DNA of 64,000 nucleotides from Candidatus Kapaibacterium sp. (GCA_025055755.1 JANWWF010000005.1:5585-69584), one strand, 5' to 3'; counted from the first letter of the stretch, positions 37,820 to 48,915 are shown. The notes: generated by a model from the sequence alone, not told the origin. A program made the numbers and translations.

Positions 37820-39511
37820 CTACCTTCGTTTGCGCACCCGTTCGAGCACCAGCCGATCGAGAGGATCAAGCCTCATCCCCTCGACGAACGGATGCACCAG
37901 ACGCACAAGGCGTCCATGGTAGAGGAACACCCACGGCGCATCGTCCACGACTATCCGCTCCATTTCCCGATAACGCTTCCGCTGCACGGCAGTATCGCCT
38001 GTTGCAATAGCGGAGCGGTAGAGAGCATCGGCACGGTCGTTGCGATATCGAGTCGTGTTCGGTCCGTTGGGTGCAAGGTTGCTACTGACAAAGAGCGCAA
38101 GGAAATTTTCTGCATCCGGGTAATCGGCCACCCAGCTTGTTCGCCACAGGGCAAGCTCGCCTGCGCGCACCATCGCCAGCAGGCGAGGGAACTCCACCTG
38201 CTGGAGCTCGACGCGGACACCGATTTCCGCCCACTGCTGCTGCACTACCTCAGCAACGGAAAGGCTACGGACGCTCGTACCCAACACAAGGCGCAGTGAT
38301 GGCAACCCTTTGCCCTCCGGAAAGCCTGCCTCTGCCAGCAGACGACGCGCCCGATCGGGGTCGTAGCGGTAGCACTCCGTCTGCTCTATTCGGAATGCAG
38401 GTGGCAGCACACCATGTGCAGGCACCGCTGTTCCGCGCAATACATAACGCACAATTCGCTCGCGATCGATTGCATAGTTGAGTGCCTGCCGTACCAAGCG
38501 CGAGTGTGCCAGCACACTGGTTTTGCCTGCCGCAAGCGTCGTATCGAGCAGAATGCCGTAGTACTCCGTGCTGAGCGCGGGAGCTGTCAGCAGCCGAAAG
38601 CGTCCGCGGTAGGCAGGACAGAGTGTGCCATCAAGCTGCAACACTACTGCCGCGAACGCTGGGTCCAGACTTGTCAAAAGATCAAGGTGGCCACGCCGAA
38701 ATTCTGCGAACTCTGTCCGCTGGTCCCGAATGAACGAAATTTGAACGGCGCGAAGATACGGAAGGCGCCCCCCATTTTCATCACGCCGCCAGTATCGGTC
38801 ATTGCGGAGCAGTACCAGCTCGCGATCCTGTTTCCACCAGCCGATGCGGAAGGGACCTGTCCCCACCGGATGTTCGCCGAACCGATCGCCGTAGTACTCG
38901 ACTGCTTCGCGGGGAACAATCCACGCATACGGCATGGCAAGCAGCGAAAGAAACGGTGCAAACGGATGCGAGAGCACAAACTCCACCGTTGTGTCGTCCA
39001 GAACGCGGATGCCTCGGCAATGTCCAGGGTTGTCGCCGCGGCGAGTTGCATCATGGAATTCCCGCGCTCCCTCAAGCCGGTCGAGAAAGACCCATAGCCC
39101 CGGCGACCGCGTCCGCGCATCGAGAATCCGCTCGATCGAGTAGCGCACATCCTCTGCCGTGCAGCGGCGACTCCGCTGCGAGCCAAAGCAGGGGTCTTCG
39201 TGAAACCAAACATCTTTTCGGAGAACAAAGCGCCATCGCCGAAGGGTGGAATCAACGCTCCACCGCACCGCAAGTGCAGGGGTAGGGCGAAGCAAGGAAT
39301 CAAACTCTACCAGCCCATTGAATAGCTGCGTTCCTGCCCAAATGGCGGCTTGATAACTTGCCTGTGCGGGGTCGAGCGAGGCAATGCCGCTGGGCTCGTT
39401 GTAGCGGAGCGTTTCTGCTTCGTTCAGCTTCGCATGCTCACCACATCCCTGCACCAGCAGCGCCAGCAATAGGAGCGCCCCCACTGTAGCGCCCGCGTGA
39501 TGCCGGTGCAC
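37820..39511 (-). CDS. Orphan ABC transporter substrate-binding lipoprotein (family 5)
   Basis: Lipobox LVQGC; SLDPA, LFNGLV, TAEDVRYSIER, PVGTGPF, VRQALNYAIDR, W.ADYPDAENFL. Confidence 0.88.
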   Translation of the reverse strand: MHRHHAGATVGALLLLALLVQGCGEHAKLNEAETLRYNEPSGIASLDPAQASYQAAIWAGTQLFNGLVEFDSLLRPTPALAVRWSVDSTLRRWRFVLRKDVWFHEDPCFGSQRSRRCTAEDVRYSIERILDARTRSPGLWVFLDRLEGAREFHDATRRGDNPGHCRGIRVLDDTTVEFVLSHPFAPFLSLLAMPYAWIVPREAVEYYGDRFGEHPVGTGPFRIGWWKQDRELVLLRNDRYWRRDENGGRLPYLRAVQISFIRDQRTEFAEFRRGHLDLLTSLDPAFAAVVLQLDGTLCPAYRGRFRLLTAPALSTEYYGILLDTTLAAGKTSVLAHSRLVRQALNYAIDRERIVRYVLRGTAVPAHGVLPPAFRIEQTECYRYDPDRARRLLAEAGFPEGKGLPSLRLVLGTSVRSLSVAEVVQQQWAEIGVRVELQQVEFPRLLAMVRAGELALWRTSWVADYPDAENFLALFVSSNLAPNGPNTTRYRNDRADALYRSAIATGDTAVQRKRYREMERIVVDDAPWVFLYHGRLVRLVHPFVEGMRLDPLDRLVLERVRKRR

Positions 39512-39516
39512 GATTT

Positions 39517-41121
39517 TTAGAGCACGGCTGTCATTTTCATCACGTCGCGCACCTCCGGTTCGACGTAATCGGCAAACTGCTCAAAGTTCTGTTCGAATAG
39601 CCCTACCAGGTAGCGTGCTTTGTCGTCGTAGGCATTCTGGTCTGCCCAGGTTGCTCGCGGATTGAGTATCTCGTCAGGGACGCCGTCACAATGGGTCGGG
39701 ATAGAAAGACCAAAGAATGGCTCTGTGACAAATTCCACATCGTCGAGTTTCCCCGTCAGTGCTGCCCGTAGCAAGGCGCGGGTATAGGCAATTTTCATGC
39801 GACTCCCGACGCCATACGGTCCACCGCTCCAGCCTGTATTGACAAGCCACACTTTTGTACCGTGCTTGAGCATCCGCTCCCGCAGCATGTTCGCATAGAC
39901 AGACGGGTGATGCACCATGAAGGGAGCACCAAAGCAGGTTGAGAAAGTTGCCGTTGGCTCTTTGACCCCTGCCTCTGTCCCAGCAACACGCGCGGTATAG
40001 CCCGACAGAAAATGGTACATCGCCTGTTCGGGAGTCAACCGCGCAATTGGAGGCATCACGCCAAAGGAGTCGCAGGTGAGGAAAAAAATGTTCGAAGGAT
40101 GCCCAGCGCGGTTTTCCGGGACGATGTTCGGCAAGCGGTCGCGCTTGTACGAGGCACGGGTGTTCTCGGTGATGCTTTGGTCGGCAAGATCAATGCGCCG
40201 AGTTTCGGGATCATAAACGACATTTTCCAGGATGGTCCCAAAGGTGCGGGTCATTTGGTAGATAAGCGGTTCCGCTTCGGCACTCAAGTTGATGACCTTT
40301 GCGTAGCAACCGCCCTCGAAGTTGAAAATGCCGTCGTCACTCCAGCCGTGTTCATCATCGCCGACAAGGGGGCGTTCCGGGTCGGTGGAAAGGGTTGTCT
40401 TCCCTGTTCCCGAGAGCCCAAAGAACAACGCCACATCCCCATCTGCTCCGACATTTGCGGAACAGTGCATCGAAAATACTCCCCTCAGGGGCAGAAGATA
40501 GTTGAGGATCGTGAAAACGGACTTTTTGATCTCTCCTCCATAGTGTGTACCGCCAATGAGCACCAAGCGCTGCTCAAAGCTGAGCACAATGAACTTATGC
40601 GATGCAGTGCCGTCAATCTCCGGCTGGGCATGGAAATTCGGCACGTGGACGATCGTAAAATCTGGTGTAAAGGAGCGGAGCTCTTCATCGGTGGGATCAA
40701 TGAACATGTTCTTGGCAAATAGGCTGTGCCATGCATGTTCGGTGATAACGCGCACACCATAGCGATAGCGCTCGTCCGCACCGACCCAGGAGTCTTGCAC
40801 GTAAACGTCGCGTCCTTGCAGATAAGCAAACACTCGTCGTTTGAGCCGTTCAAATGCCTCGGCAGGAAAAGGACGGTTGACCTTCCCCCACCAAATGTGC
40901 TCTTTGGTGGATGTTTCCTCGACGATGAACTTATCGTTGGCGCTGCGCCCTGTGTTGGGAGCAGTCATGCAGAGCAATGCTCCATGCTCAGAAATTTCTG
41001 CCTCCCCTAAGATCACTGCATGCTCGTAGAGTTCAGCGGTCGAGCAATTGCGGTTGATTTCACCCACGCCAATGATACCGAGCGCAGCAAGTTCTGAGCG
41101 GAGAGCGTCGGTTGCAATCAT
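39517..41121 (-). CDS. pckA: Phosphoenolpyruvate carboxykinase (ATP)
   Basis: [61 protein letters not shown]. Confidence 0.97.
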   Translation of the reverse strand: MIATDALRSELAALGIIGVGEINRNCSTAELYEHAVILGEAEISEHGALLCMTAPNTGRSANDKFIVEETSTKEHIWWGKVNRPFPAEAFERLKRRVFAYLQGRDVYVQDSWVGADERYRYGVRVITEHAWHSLFAKNMFIDPTDEELRSFTPDFTIVHVPNFHAQPEIDGTASHKFIVLSFEQRLVLIGGTHYGGEIKKSVFTILNYLLPLRGVFSMHCSANVGADGDVALFFGLSGTGKTTLSTDPERPLVGDDEHGWSDDGIFNFEGGCYAKVINLSAEAEPLIYQMTRTFGTILENVVYDPETRRIDLADQSITENTRASYKRDRLPNIVPENRAGHPSNIFFLTCDSFGVMPPIARLTPEQAMYHFLSGYTARVAGTEAGVKEPTATFSTCFGAPFMVHHPSVYANMLRERMLKHGTKVWLVNTGWSGGPYGVGSRMKIAYTRALLRAALTGKLDDVEFVTEPFFGLSIPTHCDGVPDEILNPRATWADQNAYDDKARYLVGLFEQNFEQFADYVEPEVRDVMKMTAVL

Positions 41122-41204
41122 GGGGCTGTCGAATAACGGTGAAACAGGTTTGAGTACAAACTTACAGCATATTTGCAGCGCCCAACTGCAGTGGTTAGAG
41201 TGCA

Positions 41205-42263
41205 ATGGCTTCCACATCCTCACGCAAAGAGCAGCACGTGCGCCTCTGTGCCGAGAGTGACGTCCGATTTCGGCAGAAAACCACCGGGCTGGAGCAATAC
41301 GACCTGGACTACTGCGCGCTGCCAGAACTGGATTTCGATGACGTGGACACGACCACCTACTTTCTCGGCAAGCGTTTGCGATTGCCCCTGCTTGTTTCTT
41401 CGATGACAGGCGGCTACGATGGCGCTGTTGAAATTAACGCAGCGCTTGCACGCATCTGCCAGAAGTGGGGCATTGCCCTTGGCGTGGGATCAATGCGGCA
41501 AGCATTAGAGCCGGATGCTCACGAGCGCAGCTTTGCAATTGCCAGGGAACTTGCTCCTGATGCTCCACTTGTTGCAAACATCGGAGCAACCCAGCTGGTG
41601 CAAGGGGTTCGCCCTGCAGATGTAGAGCGGCTTGTGCGGCTCATTGGTGCCGATGCGCTTGCAGTCCATCTCAACCCGCTGCAGGAATTGCTCCAGCCCG
41701 AAGGAACCCCCCGTTTCCGCGGCGTACTGGCAGCGATCGAGGAGCTTGTGCATACTGTCTCAGTGCCCGTCATCGTCAAGGAAGTTGGCGCTGGCATTTC
41801 CAGACGCGTTGCCCAGAGTCTTCTCCACGTTGGAGTCCGAATCATTGATGTGGCAGGAGCAGGGGGAACCAGCTGGGCTGGGGTGGAGCTTCTCCGCGCA
41901 ACTGACGATGTCGCCTCCCATCCCCTGGCACCACTGTGGGAGTGTGGCATTCCAACAGCAGAATGCATCACCGAAGTCGCAACACTTCGCTCGCATTACA
42001 CCTTCACCCTCATTGGTTCAGGGGGCATTGCTACAGGCTTCGACGCAGCCAAAGCAATCGCACTGGGAGCAGATCTGGTCGGCAGCGCACGTCCGTTGCT
42101 CCAAGCATTGTGGCGCGGCGGGCAAGAAGAATTGGAGCGTGTACTCACCAACTGGGAACTTCAGCTCCGTGCAGCAATGTTCGTCACAGGCTCGGCAACA
42201 ATTGCGCAATTGCAGCGGGTTACTCTCCGCCGTCGTTCAGCGAATTTGTCTTTCACCAAGTGA
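41205..42263 (+). CDS. fni: Type 2 isopentenyl-diphosphate delta-isomerase (FMN-dependent)
   Basis: [42 protein letters not shown]. Confidence 0.95.
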   Translation: MASTSSRKEQHVRLCAESDVRFRQKTTGLEQYDLDYCALPELDFDDVDTTTYFLGKRLRLPLLVSSMTGGYDGAVEINAALARICQKWGIALGVGSMRQALEPDAHERSFAIARELAPDAPLVANIGATQLVQGVRPADVERLVRLIGADALAVHLNPLQELLQPEGTPRFRGVLAAIEELVHTVSVPVIVKEVGAGISRRVAQSLLHVGVRIIDVAGAGGTSWAGVELLRATDDVASHPLAPLWECGIPTAECITEVATLRSHYTFTLIGSGGIATGFDAAKAIALGADLVGSARPLLQALWRGGQEELERVLTNWELQLRAAMFVTGSATIAQLQRVTLRRRSANLSFTK

Positions 42264-43234
42264 TGACCTCATCCTACATTGAACAAATCGAGCAAAGCAT
42301 TTTTTCAGCGATTGCCTCTGCCCAGCTTCCGCCAGCGCTGGCAGAACCCGTCACTTACGCTCTTACCAGCGGTGGAAAGCGTTTACGCCCGTTGATAACC
42401 GTTCTTGCGGCTCAAGCAAGTGGGGCTTCCGTCGAGTCTGCCATCCCTGTCGCAACAGCAATTGAGATTTTGCACAATTTTACTCTGGTCCATGATGACA
42501 TCATGGACCGCTCTCCTCTGCGTCGGGGCAAACAAACCGTGTACACCCGCTGGGATGAAGCGACCGCTATTCTGGCAGGTGACACGATGATGGGGATAGC
42601 CTACAACATTCTCTCGTCAGCCTATACAGCTCCGGTTTGCCAGTCCATAGTCCAGGAATTTTCGTCTGCGTTTGTCGAGGTGTGCATTGGACAAGCAGAG
42701 GACTTAGCATTCCGCACTAAACCAGATGTCACAATGGAAGAATACCTGGGGATGATTTCGCGGAAAACAGCACGCCTGTTTGCAACTGCTGCTGTGTGCG
42801 GCGGCATTGTCGCCCATGCGTCAGCCGCAGTGCTCGATGCATTCCGTCAATTTGGCACATCGCTGGGAATTGCATTCCAGGTACAGGATGACATGCTCGA
42901 TCTGTTTGGCGAACCGGAATTTGGAAAGCAGCGCGGTCAAGACCTTCGCGAGGGCAAAAAAACCTTTCCGGTCCTTGCTGCAACTGCAGCTGTTGGGAAA
43001 GAGTTTAATGGCGTTCTGCGGCACTACCTCGATGGACAGCCATTGACTGACGAGGTACAAATCGAACAGATGGCGCAGCTCTGCACGCAATGCGGCGTAA
43101 TCGAAAAAGCGCGAACGTTGACTGACCAGCATCTTGACCGTGCCATTGCAGCGTTGACCGATGCTCTCTCACCTTCGCCAGCACGCCAGGAATTAATTGC
43201 AATTGCAAATCGTACCCGTAACCGTCGCTTGTAG
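42263..43234 (+). CDS. idsA: Short-chain polyprenyl (geranylgeranyl/farnesyl) diphosphate synthase
   Basis: GGKRLRP, NFTLVHDDIMD..LRRG (FARM), KTA, FQVQDD..D (SARM); TGATG overlap with fni. Confidence 0.88.
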   Translation: MTSSYIEQIEQSIFSAIASAQLPPALAEPVTYALTSGGKRLRPLITVLAAQASGASVESAIPVATAIEILHNFTLVHDDIMDRSPLRRGKQTVYTRWDEATAILAGDTMMGIAYNILSSAYTAPVCQSIVQEFSSAFVEVCIGQAEDLAFRTKPDVTMEEYLGMISRKTARLFATAAVCGGIVAHASAAVLDAFRQFGTSLGIAFQVQDDMLDLFGEPEFGKQRGQDLREGKKTFPVLAATAAVGKEFNGVLRHYLDGQPLTDEVQIEQMAQLCTQCGVIEKARTLTDQHLDRAIAALTDALSPSPARQELIAIANRTRNRRL

Positions 43235-43345
43235 AGCAAAGCACAGGGTGCTGCCCCCTGGTTGGAGGAGAGGAGGAGCACCGACCTACTATACAGCAGA
43301 TTCCCTCGATACGTCCCCGCCAACGGCAGGAATGAAAAAAACATT

Positions 43346-43373
43346 GCGGCACGGAGGTGTTTCTCCGTGCCGC
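43346..43373. terminator. Bidirectional terminator between convergent idsA and ECF sigma
   Basis: Perfect 11-bp stem GCGGCACGGAG/CTCCGTGCCGC, flanked by an A-run on the left and TCTTTT on the right. Confidence 0.7.
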
Positions 43374-43399
43374 TCTTTTCGACTCTCGCTATGCTACGC

Positions 43400-43993
43400 T
43401 TAGTTCTCGCTCACCACTTCGAGCTCGCTTCCGAGAGAAGCGTTGTTGACCATCTCGTAAAGGTGGCCAAGCTTTTTCCGTAGGTGGAGCACCGCATAGC
43501 GCTTACGCGCCAGGAGCGTGTTGATGTTGACTCCGGTTTGCTCGCTCATCTCGCGGAACGATACACCTTCGAATTCATTCTTCTCGAATACCCATCGCTG
43601 CTCAGGGGGAAGTTCTGCCAGTCCTTTTTGGACTTCTTCCCAGATGGTCTTCCGCACCAACTCAGTATCCGGTGAATAGCTCTCATCACCGATGATATTC
43701 TCAAACGACTCAACGCCATCCTCAATTTGAGAGGGGGTAAGCATATCAGAGAATGCATCGGCTTTCTTTTTTCGGTACGAGTCAATGATGCGATTGCGAA
43801 CAGCGGTGTACACCCACGATGCAACGTTTTCGATCGGCTTATCTACTGTTTGCGCAGCAGCGAGCACGTTGGCAAAAACGTCATGGAGAATATCTTCTGC
43901 CTCCTCCTGCGTCTTGACCCGCTGGCGGATAAAGCTAAGCAGTTTCTTCCGATCGTTTCGGTAGAGCTGTTCCAGCTGCATCTTCAAATCCAT
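43400..43993 (-). CDS. Orphan ECF sigma-70 factor
   Basis: EAEDILHDVF, SWVYTAVRNRIIDSYRKK, LPPEQRWVF..NEFEGVSFREMSEQTGVNINTLLARKRYAV. Confidence 0.9.
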   Translation of the reverse strand: MDLKMQLEQLYRNDRKKLLSFIRQRVKTQEEAEDILHDVFANVLAAAQTVDKPIENVASWVYTAVRNRIIDSYRKKKADAFSDMLTPSQIEDGVESFENIIGDESYSPDTELVRKTIWEEVQKGLAELPPEQRWVFEKNEFEGVSFREMSEQTGVNINTLLARKRYAVLHLRKKLGHLYEMVNNASLGSELEVVSEN

Positions 43994-44238
43994 AATCTGC
44001 TCCTTTCGAATAGTAGTGGCACTTCCTACCATGCGCTCATCATCAGCGCAAAACGGTAACCAATCAATCATGCCACGTGCTCACAAGAATTAGTGAAACT
44101 TCCGTCTGCAATAACACATCGGCACTTGTTCGAGTTTCTTGGGGGCAAGAAACTGCCATGCCACTGTTGGCGGTCAGTCAATTAGACTGATTTGCTGGAC
44201 AATAGTTGACAAAAATGCGACAAAAAGTATCGTTTTTG

Positions 44239-45906
44239 TTACTGCGGTGGCATCATTGGGATACGAATGCCGAAACGCCGGGCATTCTGCTGAGCTTTTT
44301 CGTACCCTGCGTCCGCGTGACGCAGGATGCCCGTCAGGGGATCGTAAGTCAGTACCCGCTCCAGCCGACGCGCTGCTTCTGGAGTTCCGTCGGCAACGAT
44401 GACCATCCCTGCATGGAGAGACAGCCCCATCCCTACTCCGCCACCATGGTGGAAGGACACCCATGTGGCCCCACCAATTGCATTGAGGGCAAAGTTGAAA
44501 TACACCCAATCGGCAATTGCATCCGACCCATCGAGCATCGCCTCGGTCTCTCGATATGGCGAAGCAACAGAACCACAATCCAAGTGGTCACGCCCAATCA
44601 CAATCGGTGCCCGCACCCGACCTTCGCGCACCAATTCGTTGAACAGGAGCCCTGCTTTAACCCGTTCTCCATACCCCAGCCAACAGATGCGCGCCGGAAG
44701 ACCCTGGTAGCGGATGTATTGCTGAGCACTCCGTAGCCACCGGTGCAGGTGCTCATCGGCAGGGAACAAGTCCATGATTGCTTGGTCCGTTACGCGGATG
44801 TCCTCCGGGTCGCCGCTGAGAGCAACCCAACGGAATGGACCACGCCCGTCACAGAACTGAGGACGGATAAATTCTGGCACAAACCCCGGAATATCGAACG
44901 CATTCTCCACACCACCATGCTCTTTGGCAACGCCGCGGATGTTGTTTCCATAGTCGAAAACTATTGCGCCCCGCTCGCGGAATGTTAGCAGGGCACGCAC
45001 ATGCTCCGCTATGGAAGCATAGGCACGGCGAAGATATTCGCCAGGGTCACTCCGACGGAGTTCATCGGCTTCCTTCTTTGTCAATCCAGCTGGATAGTAA
45101 CCGTTTAGGGGATCGTGTGCAGCCGTTTGGTCGGTTACCACGTCAGGAGTGATACCGCGGCGAACAAGCTCCGGATGCACTTCCGCCGCATTTCCTACCA
45201 GTCCAATCGAGATAGGCTTTCCTGCTGCCTTGTGCTCGGCAATCGTCGCGAGCGCCTGATCGAGGTCATGCATCTTGTGCTGGCAGTATCCATCCCGAAT
45301 ACGCCGATCGATGCGTTCTTCGTCCACTTCCACGCAGAGAATTGCTGCCCCTGCAATTGTTGCCGCCAGCGGTTGCGCTCCTCCCATGCCTCCCATGCCT
45401 GCAGTCAGGACAAAGCGTCCGTGGAGCGTCCCGCCGAAATACTTCCGACCACATTCGGCAAATGTTTCGTAGGTCCCCTGGACAATTCCCTGCGTGCCGA
45501 TGTATATCCAGCTGCCTGCGGTCATTTGCCCATACATGGTCAACCCGAGTGCCTCAAGGCGGCGGAATTCGTCCCAGGTTGCCCACTTTGGCACAAGGTT
45601 GGCATTCGCAATGATCACGCGCGGCGCATCTGGATAGGTGCGGACAACCCCTACTGGTTTGCCCGATTGTACCAGCAGGGTTTCGTCCTCCTCCATTGTC
45701 CGCAGCGTCTCCAGTATAGCCTCAAAGCATTCCCAATTACGGGCTGCCTTTCCGCTTCCTCCATAGACGATAAGCTCGTCGGGTTTTTCTGCGTTTTCTG
45801 GGTCGAGATTGTTCTGTATCATACGGTACGCTGCTTCGAGCTGCCAGTTTTTACACGTCAGCTGGGTACCCCGGGGGGCTCGAATAATGCGCACTGGTGT
45901 TGTCAT
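44239..45906 (-). CDS. hutU: Urocanate hydratase
   Basis: [70 protein letters not shown]. Confidence 0.97.
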   Translation of the reverse strand: MTTPVRIIRAPRGTQLTCKNWQLEAAYRMIQNNLDPENAEKPDELIVYGGSGKAARNWECFEAILETLRTMEEDETLLVQSGKPVGVVRTYPDAPRVIIANANLVPKWATWDEFRRLEALGLTMYGQMTAGSWIYIGTQGIVQGTYETFAECGRKYFGGTLHGRFVLTAGMGGMGGAQPLAATIAGAAILCVEVDEERIDRRIRDGYCQHKMHDLDQALATIAEHKAAGKPISIGLVGNAAEVHPELVRRGITPDVVTDQTAAHDPLNGYYPAGLTKKEADELRRSDPGEYLRRAYASIAEHVRALLTFRERGAIVFDYGNNIRGVAKEHGGVENAFDIPGFVPEFIRPQFCDGRGPFRWVALSGDPEDIRVTDQAIMDLFPADEHLHRWLRSAQQYIRYQGLPARICWLGYGERVKAGLLFNELVREGRVRAPIVIGRDHLDCGSVASPYRETEAMLDGSDAIADWVYFNFALNAIGGATWVSFHHGGGVGMGLSLHAGMVIVADGTPEAARRLERVLTYDPLTGILRHADAGYEKAQQNARRFGIRIPMMPPQ

Positions 45907-46259
45907 GCTTCGTCCTCCGTGTCTGGTGAATGCGTTGTTTTCTCTTGTTCAACTTTCTGAGCAAGCTCTCGGAGCAGCTGCCAAGTGTAAATACCGGTGT
46001 TGTGTCCATCCGCCCAGCGCGCACGGACGCCATAATTGCCCACTGGCTCAAGAGCCACAAGCTCGTTCATTCCTGCTGCATATTGCTGCAGTGGAAGCAT
46101 CACGGTTGTACCAAACACCTGCTCACCCTGACAATACGCACACGGACAGGAATGGCGGAGCAATTCGAGCGGGATTGCTGCGCTGAAGCCATCTCCCCAC
46201 TCGATGCGGAGCGTCATTTGGTCAAGTCGTTCGATTCTCGTCGGACGGAGAGCATCCAT
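45903..46259 (-). CDS. DUF971 / GBBH-like N-terminal domain protein
   Basis: [33 protein letters not shown]. Confidence 0.88.
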   Translation of the reverse strand: MDALRPTRIERLDQMTLRIEWGDGFSAAIPLELLRHSCPCAYCQGEQVFGTTVMLPLQQYAAGMNELVALEPVGNYGVRARWADGHNTGIYTWQLLRELAQKVEQEKTTHSPDTEDEA

Positions 46260-46331
46260 TGTTCTGGCACCTGCTGCAGTGCAAAAATCGTAAATTCACC
46301 TCCCAAGTGATGCGGACAATTCTTCTGCACC

Positions 46332-46757
46332 ATGACCATCATTCAGCGCACGATCACAATCGAGCCGCACCAGCGCGGTATTCACTGCATCACCGGACTG
46401 ATTGAAAAACAGCTTCCCGAACTTGCGCAGTTCCGCTGTGGGACCGCACACCTCTTTCTCCAGCATACAAGCGCTGCTCTTGCCCTGGGCGAAAACACCG
46501 ACCCCGACGTGCGCGCAGACCTGAACGAGCATCTTGAGCGATTGGTCCCGGATGACCTTCGCCTCTACCGTCATGCTCTGGAAGGTGCCGATGATGCATC
46601 TTCGCACATCAAAAGTGCACTGATCGGTGTGAGCCTTCTCCTTCCTGTTCAGAACGGACGCTTTGCCCTCGGGCGATGGCAAGGAATCTACCTCTGTGAA
46701 TTCCGCGACCACGCACCTCCGCGGACAATCGTTGCCACCGTCATGGGGCAAACGTAA
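46332..46757 (+). CDS. yjbQ: YjbQ/UPF0047 family protein
   Basis: HTSAAL..GENTDPDVR, HALEGADD..SHIKSAL, LGRWQGIYLCEF. Confidence 0.92.
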   Translation: MTIIQRTITIEPHQRGIHCITGLIEKQLPELAQFRCGTAHLFLQHTSAALALGENTDPDVRADLNEHLERLVPDDLRLYRHALEGADDASSHIKSALIGVSLLLPVQNGRFALGRWQGIYLCEFRDHAPPRTIVATVMGQT

Positions 46758-47491
46758 TGAAAGTAGCGAAGGCGTTAGCACCGTTTCGCGCCCTTGGGCT
46801 AGCACTTCTGAGCCTTTTTGCACCCTGGCGCTGCCGGATATGCTATGCAATCCTGCCAGACGATGCTGACAATCACTACCTCTGCCCCGCCTGCCGCAAT
46901 CAGCAACAAGCTGCACCACCGCCAGCTGCCTTGCTTTCTCGTGCTGCTCAGACGGCAGCTCCGGACGAGTGCGCTCTTTCCCTGGTCATGGCATGCTGGA
47001 GTGCAGACCCCCGCCTGCGGCCAGGATTATTCGACCTTATCCGCGCACTCAAGTACTACGGCTACTGGCGAATTGGCGTGGAGCTGGGCACGGAGGTAGG
47101 ACGCTGCGTCATGCAACTTTCGCCCGTCCGCTATGACGCCATTGTTCCCGTTCCAATCCATCCTGCTCGTCGGCGCGAGCGGGGATACAATCAAGCAGAA
47201 GCAATCGCCGAAGGAGTCGCTCAAGTGCTGGGCTGCCCGATCTGGTCCACCGTACTTCGCCGAACACGGCACACCCCAAGCCAGACACAACTTTCTGCCT
47301 CCGAGCGCATAACAAATCTCCGCAATGCCTTTGGAGCAGGGAAAAAGGCTGCTGCTCTCCGCGATGCAACAATTCTCATCGTGGACGACGTCTTTACCAC
47401 TGGTGCAACGCTGCACAGTGTCGCAACAGCAGCACGGCGCTATGGTGCTGCTCGCGTGGATGCAGCAACGATTATCGTAACACAACCATAA
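46757..47491 (+). CDS. comF: ComF family protein (Zn-finger plus phosphoribosyltransferase fold)
   Basis: CRIC..CPAC, LKYYG, VPVPIH..RRRERGYNQA, QTQLSASERITNL, IVDDVFTTGAT. Confidence 0.88.
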   Translation: MKVAKALAPFRALGLALLSLFAPWRCRICYAILPDDADNHYLCPACRNQQQAAPPPAALLSRAAQTAAPDECALSLVMACWSADPRLRPGLFDLIRALKYYGYWRIGVELGTEVGRCVMQLSPVRYDAIVPVPIHPARRRERGYNQAEAIAEGVAQVLGCPIWSTVLRRTRHTPSQTQLSASERITNLRNAFGAGKKAAALRDATILIVDDVFTTGATLHSVATAARRYGAARVDAATIIVTQP

Positions 47492-47505
47492 ACTTCTTCC
47501 CTGCC

Positions 47506-48915
47506 ATGGCACACCAACTGCGATGGATACTTACGCTGCTTGTCGTAGCTGAGTGCAGTGCTCAAGTTCTTCTGCCGTATGAGCAATTTGACACCGATGG
47601 AATTCCCCCAGCTGTCTATCGCCAGCGGCGGGAACGACTTGTTAGCGCTCACACTGCTCGCTCACTTATCCTCCTGCTTAGTGCCGATGTTCGAAACCGT
47701 CAAAATGACGTGGACTACGAATACCGCCAGAACTCGAATCTGTTGTACTTGACCGGCTGCACTCAGCCGCGCTGCGCACTGCTGTTGATTCCTGGCGGCA
47801 TCGAGTGGGAAGGGAAGCAAACCACTGAGCTTTTCTTCATCGAACAGCGCAATCCCAGTAGCGAAGTGTGGACAGGAGTAACGATGGGACCAGAGGAAGC
47901 GGAGCGACTACTTCAGCTCTCTCCTGCGCTCGAGTACGCAATGTTGCGCGTCGTTCTCGACTCGCTTCTCCCCACGCGCGACACGCTGTACATTGCTTCT
48001 GGCTTGCCAACTGCCTCGGTTCCGCTCCCCATCATTGGAGGGCGATTGAACGTTGAGCAAATTCTGCGAGACTCGCTGCAGAAGCGATTTCCTCACGTGG
48101 TCATTCGCAGCGGACTCCGCACACTGGCTGCAATGCGCGAAGTCAAGGATGAACACGAGCTACGGCTGCTCCGCAAAGCCATCGAGATTACGCTCGACGC
48201 CTTTGAACAAGTCCTCCGCAACGCCAAGCCTGGTATGCACGAGTACGAAATCGAAGCACTCATGGAATACCACTTCCGTCGGGCTGGTGCTGAAGATGTT
48301 GGGTATCCGAGCATCGTCGGAAGTGGATACAACAGCTGCATTCTCCACTACCAGCACAATCGCCGTCCCACACGCGCTGGCGATATGGTCCTTGCAGACT
48401 GCGGGGCAGAATACCACGGCTACACTGCCGACATTACGCGAACCTTTCCTATCACCGGTCGCTTCACGCCGGAGCAGCGCACACTGTACCTTCTTGTGCT
48501 CGAAGCGCAGGATTCCGCTATTGCTGCTGCGCAAGTCGGTGCTCCTTTCTCTGCAACGCACCGTGCTGCTCAAGCAGTCATTGCTCGGGGCTTGCAACAG
48601 CTTGGGATTATCGAGTCCCCCGCAGATGTCCGCCGCTACTTTCCCCACGGCACCTCACACTACCTGGGCTTGGACGTCCACGACGCTGGCACATACGGAC
48701 CACTCAAAGCAGGGACAGTCATTACTGTCGAACCGGGAATCTACATCCCGCCAGGTAGCCCTTGCGACCAACGGTGGTGGAACATCGGCATTCGCATCGA
48801 GGATGACATTCTTGTCACCGAACGCGGACCAGTAAACCTCTCTGCCCGCCTCCCCCGCCATCCCGATGCAATCGAACAGCTCATGCAGGCAGCTGCAGAT
48901 GCGCTCCGCAAGTAA
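47506..48915 (+). CDS. pepP: Xaa-Pro aminopeptidase (aminopeptidase P), with signal peptide
   Basis: YRQNSNLLYLTG, LADCGAEY.GYTADITRT, HGTSHYLGLDVHD, TVEPGIY, IRIEDD metal ligands. Confidence 0.92.
   Translation: MAHQLRWILTLLVVAECSAQVLLPYEQFDTDGIPPAVYRQRRERLVSAHTARSLILLLSADVRNRQNDVDYEYRQNSNLLYLTGCTQPRCALLLIPGGIEWEGKQTTELFFIEQRNPSSEVWTGVTMGPEEAERLLQLSPALEYAMLRVVLDSLLPTRDTLYIASGLPTASVPLPIIGGRLNVEQILRDSLQKRFPHVVIRSGLRTLAAMREVKDEHELRLLRKAIEITLDAFEQVLRNAKPGMHEYEIEALMEYHFRRAGAEDVGYPSIVGSGYNSCILHYQHNRRPTRAGDMVLADCGAEYHGYTADITRTFPITGRFTPEQRTLYLLVLEAQDSAIAAAQVGAPFSATHRAAQAVIARGLQQLGIIESPADVRRYFPHGTSHYLGLDVHDAGTYGPLKAGTVITVEPGIYIPPGSPCDQRWWNIGIRIEDDILVTERGPVNLSARLPRHPDAIEQLMQAAADALRK

Noticed and set aside
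41936-42262. Long N-terminal extension of the prenyl synthase
   Set aside because: It overlaps fni in another frame; the TGATG junction at 42261-42265 gives a natural start.
43247-43282. Second hairpin GGTGCT...AGCACC after idsA
   Set aside because: Only a 6-bp firm stem with irregular interior; the adjacent 11-bp hairpin explains termination.
45115-45960. 281-aa plus-strand ORF
   Set aside because: Antisense shadow of hutU with no recognisable motifs. The same applies to 40012..40722 (pckA), 37309..38010 and 37643..38299 (NlpC/SBP) and 21639..22373.
48053-48835. 260-aa same-strand alternative-frame ORF inside pepP
   Set aside because: Ser/Thr-rich composition typical of off-frame translation and fully nested in a well-supported gene; likewise 41632..42282 inside fni.
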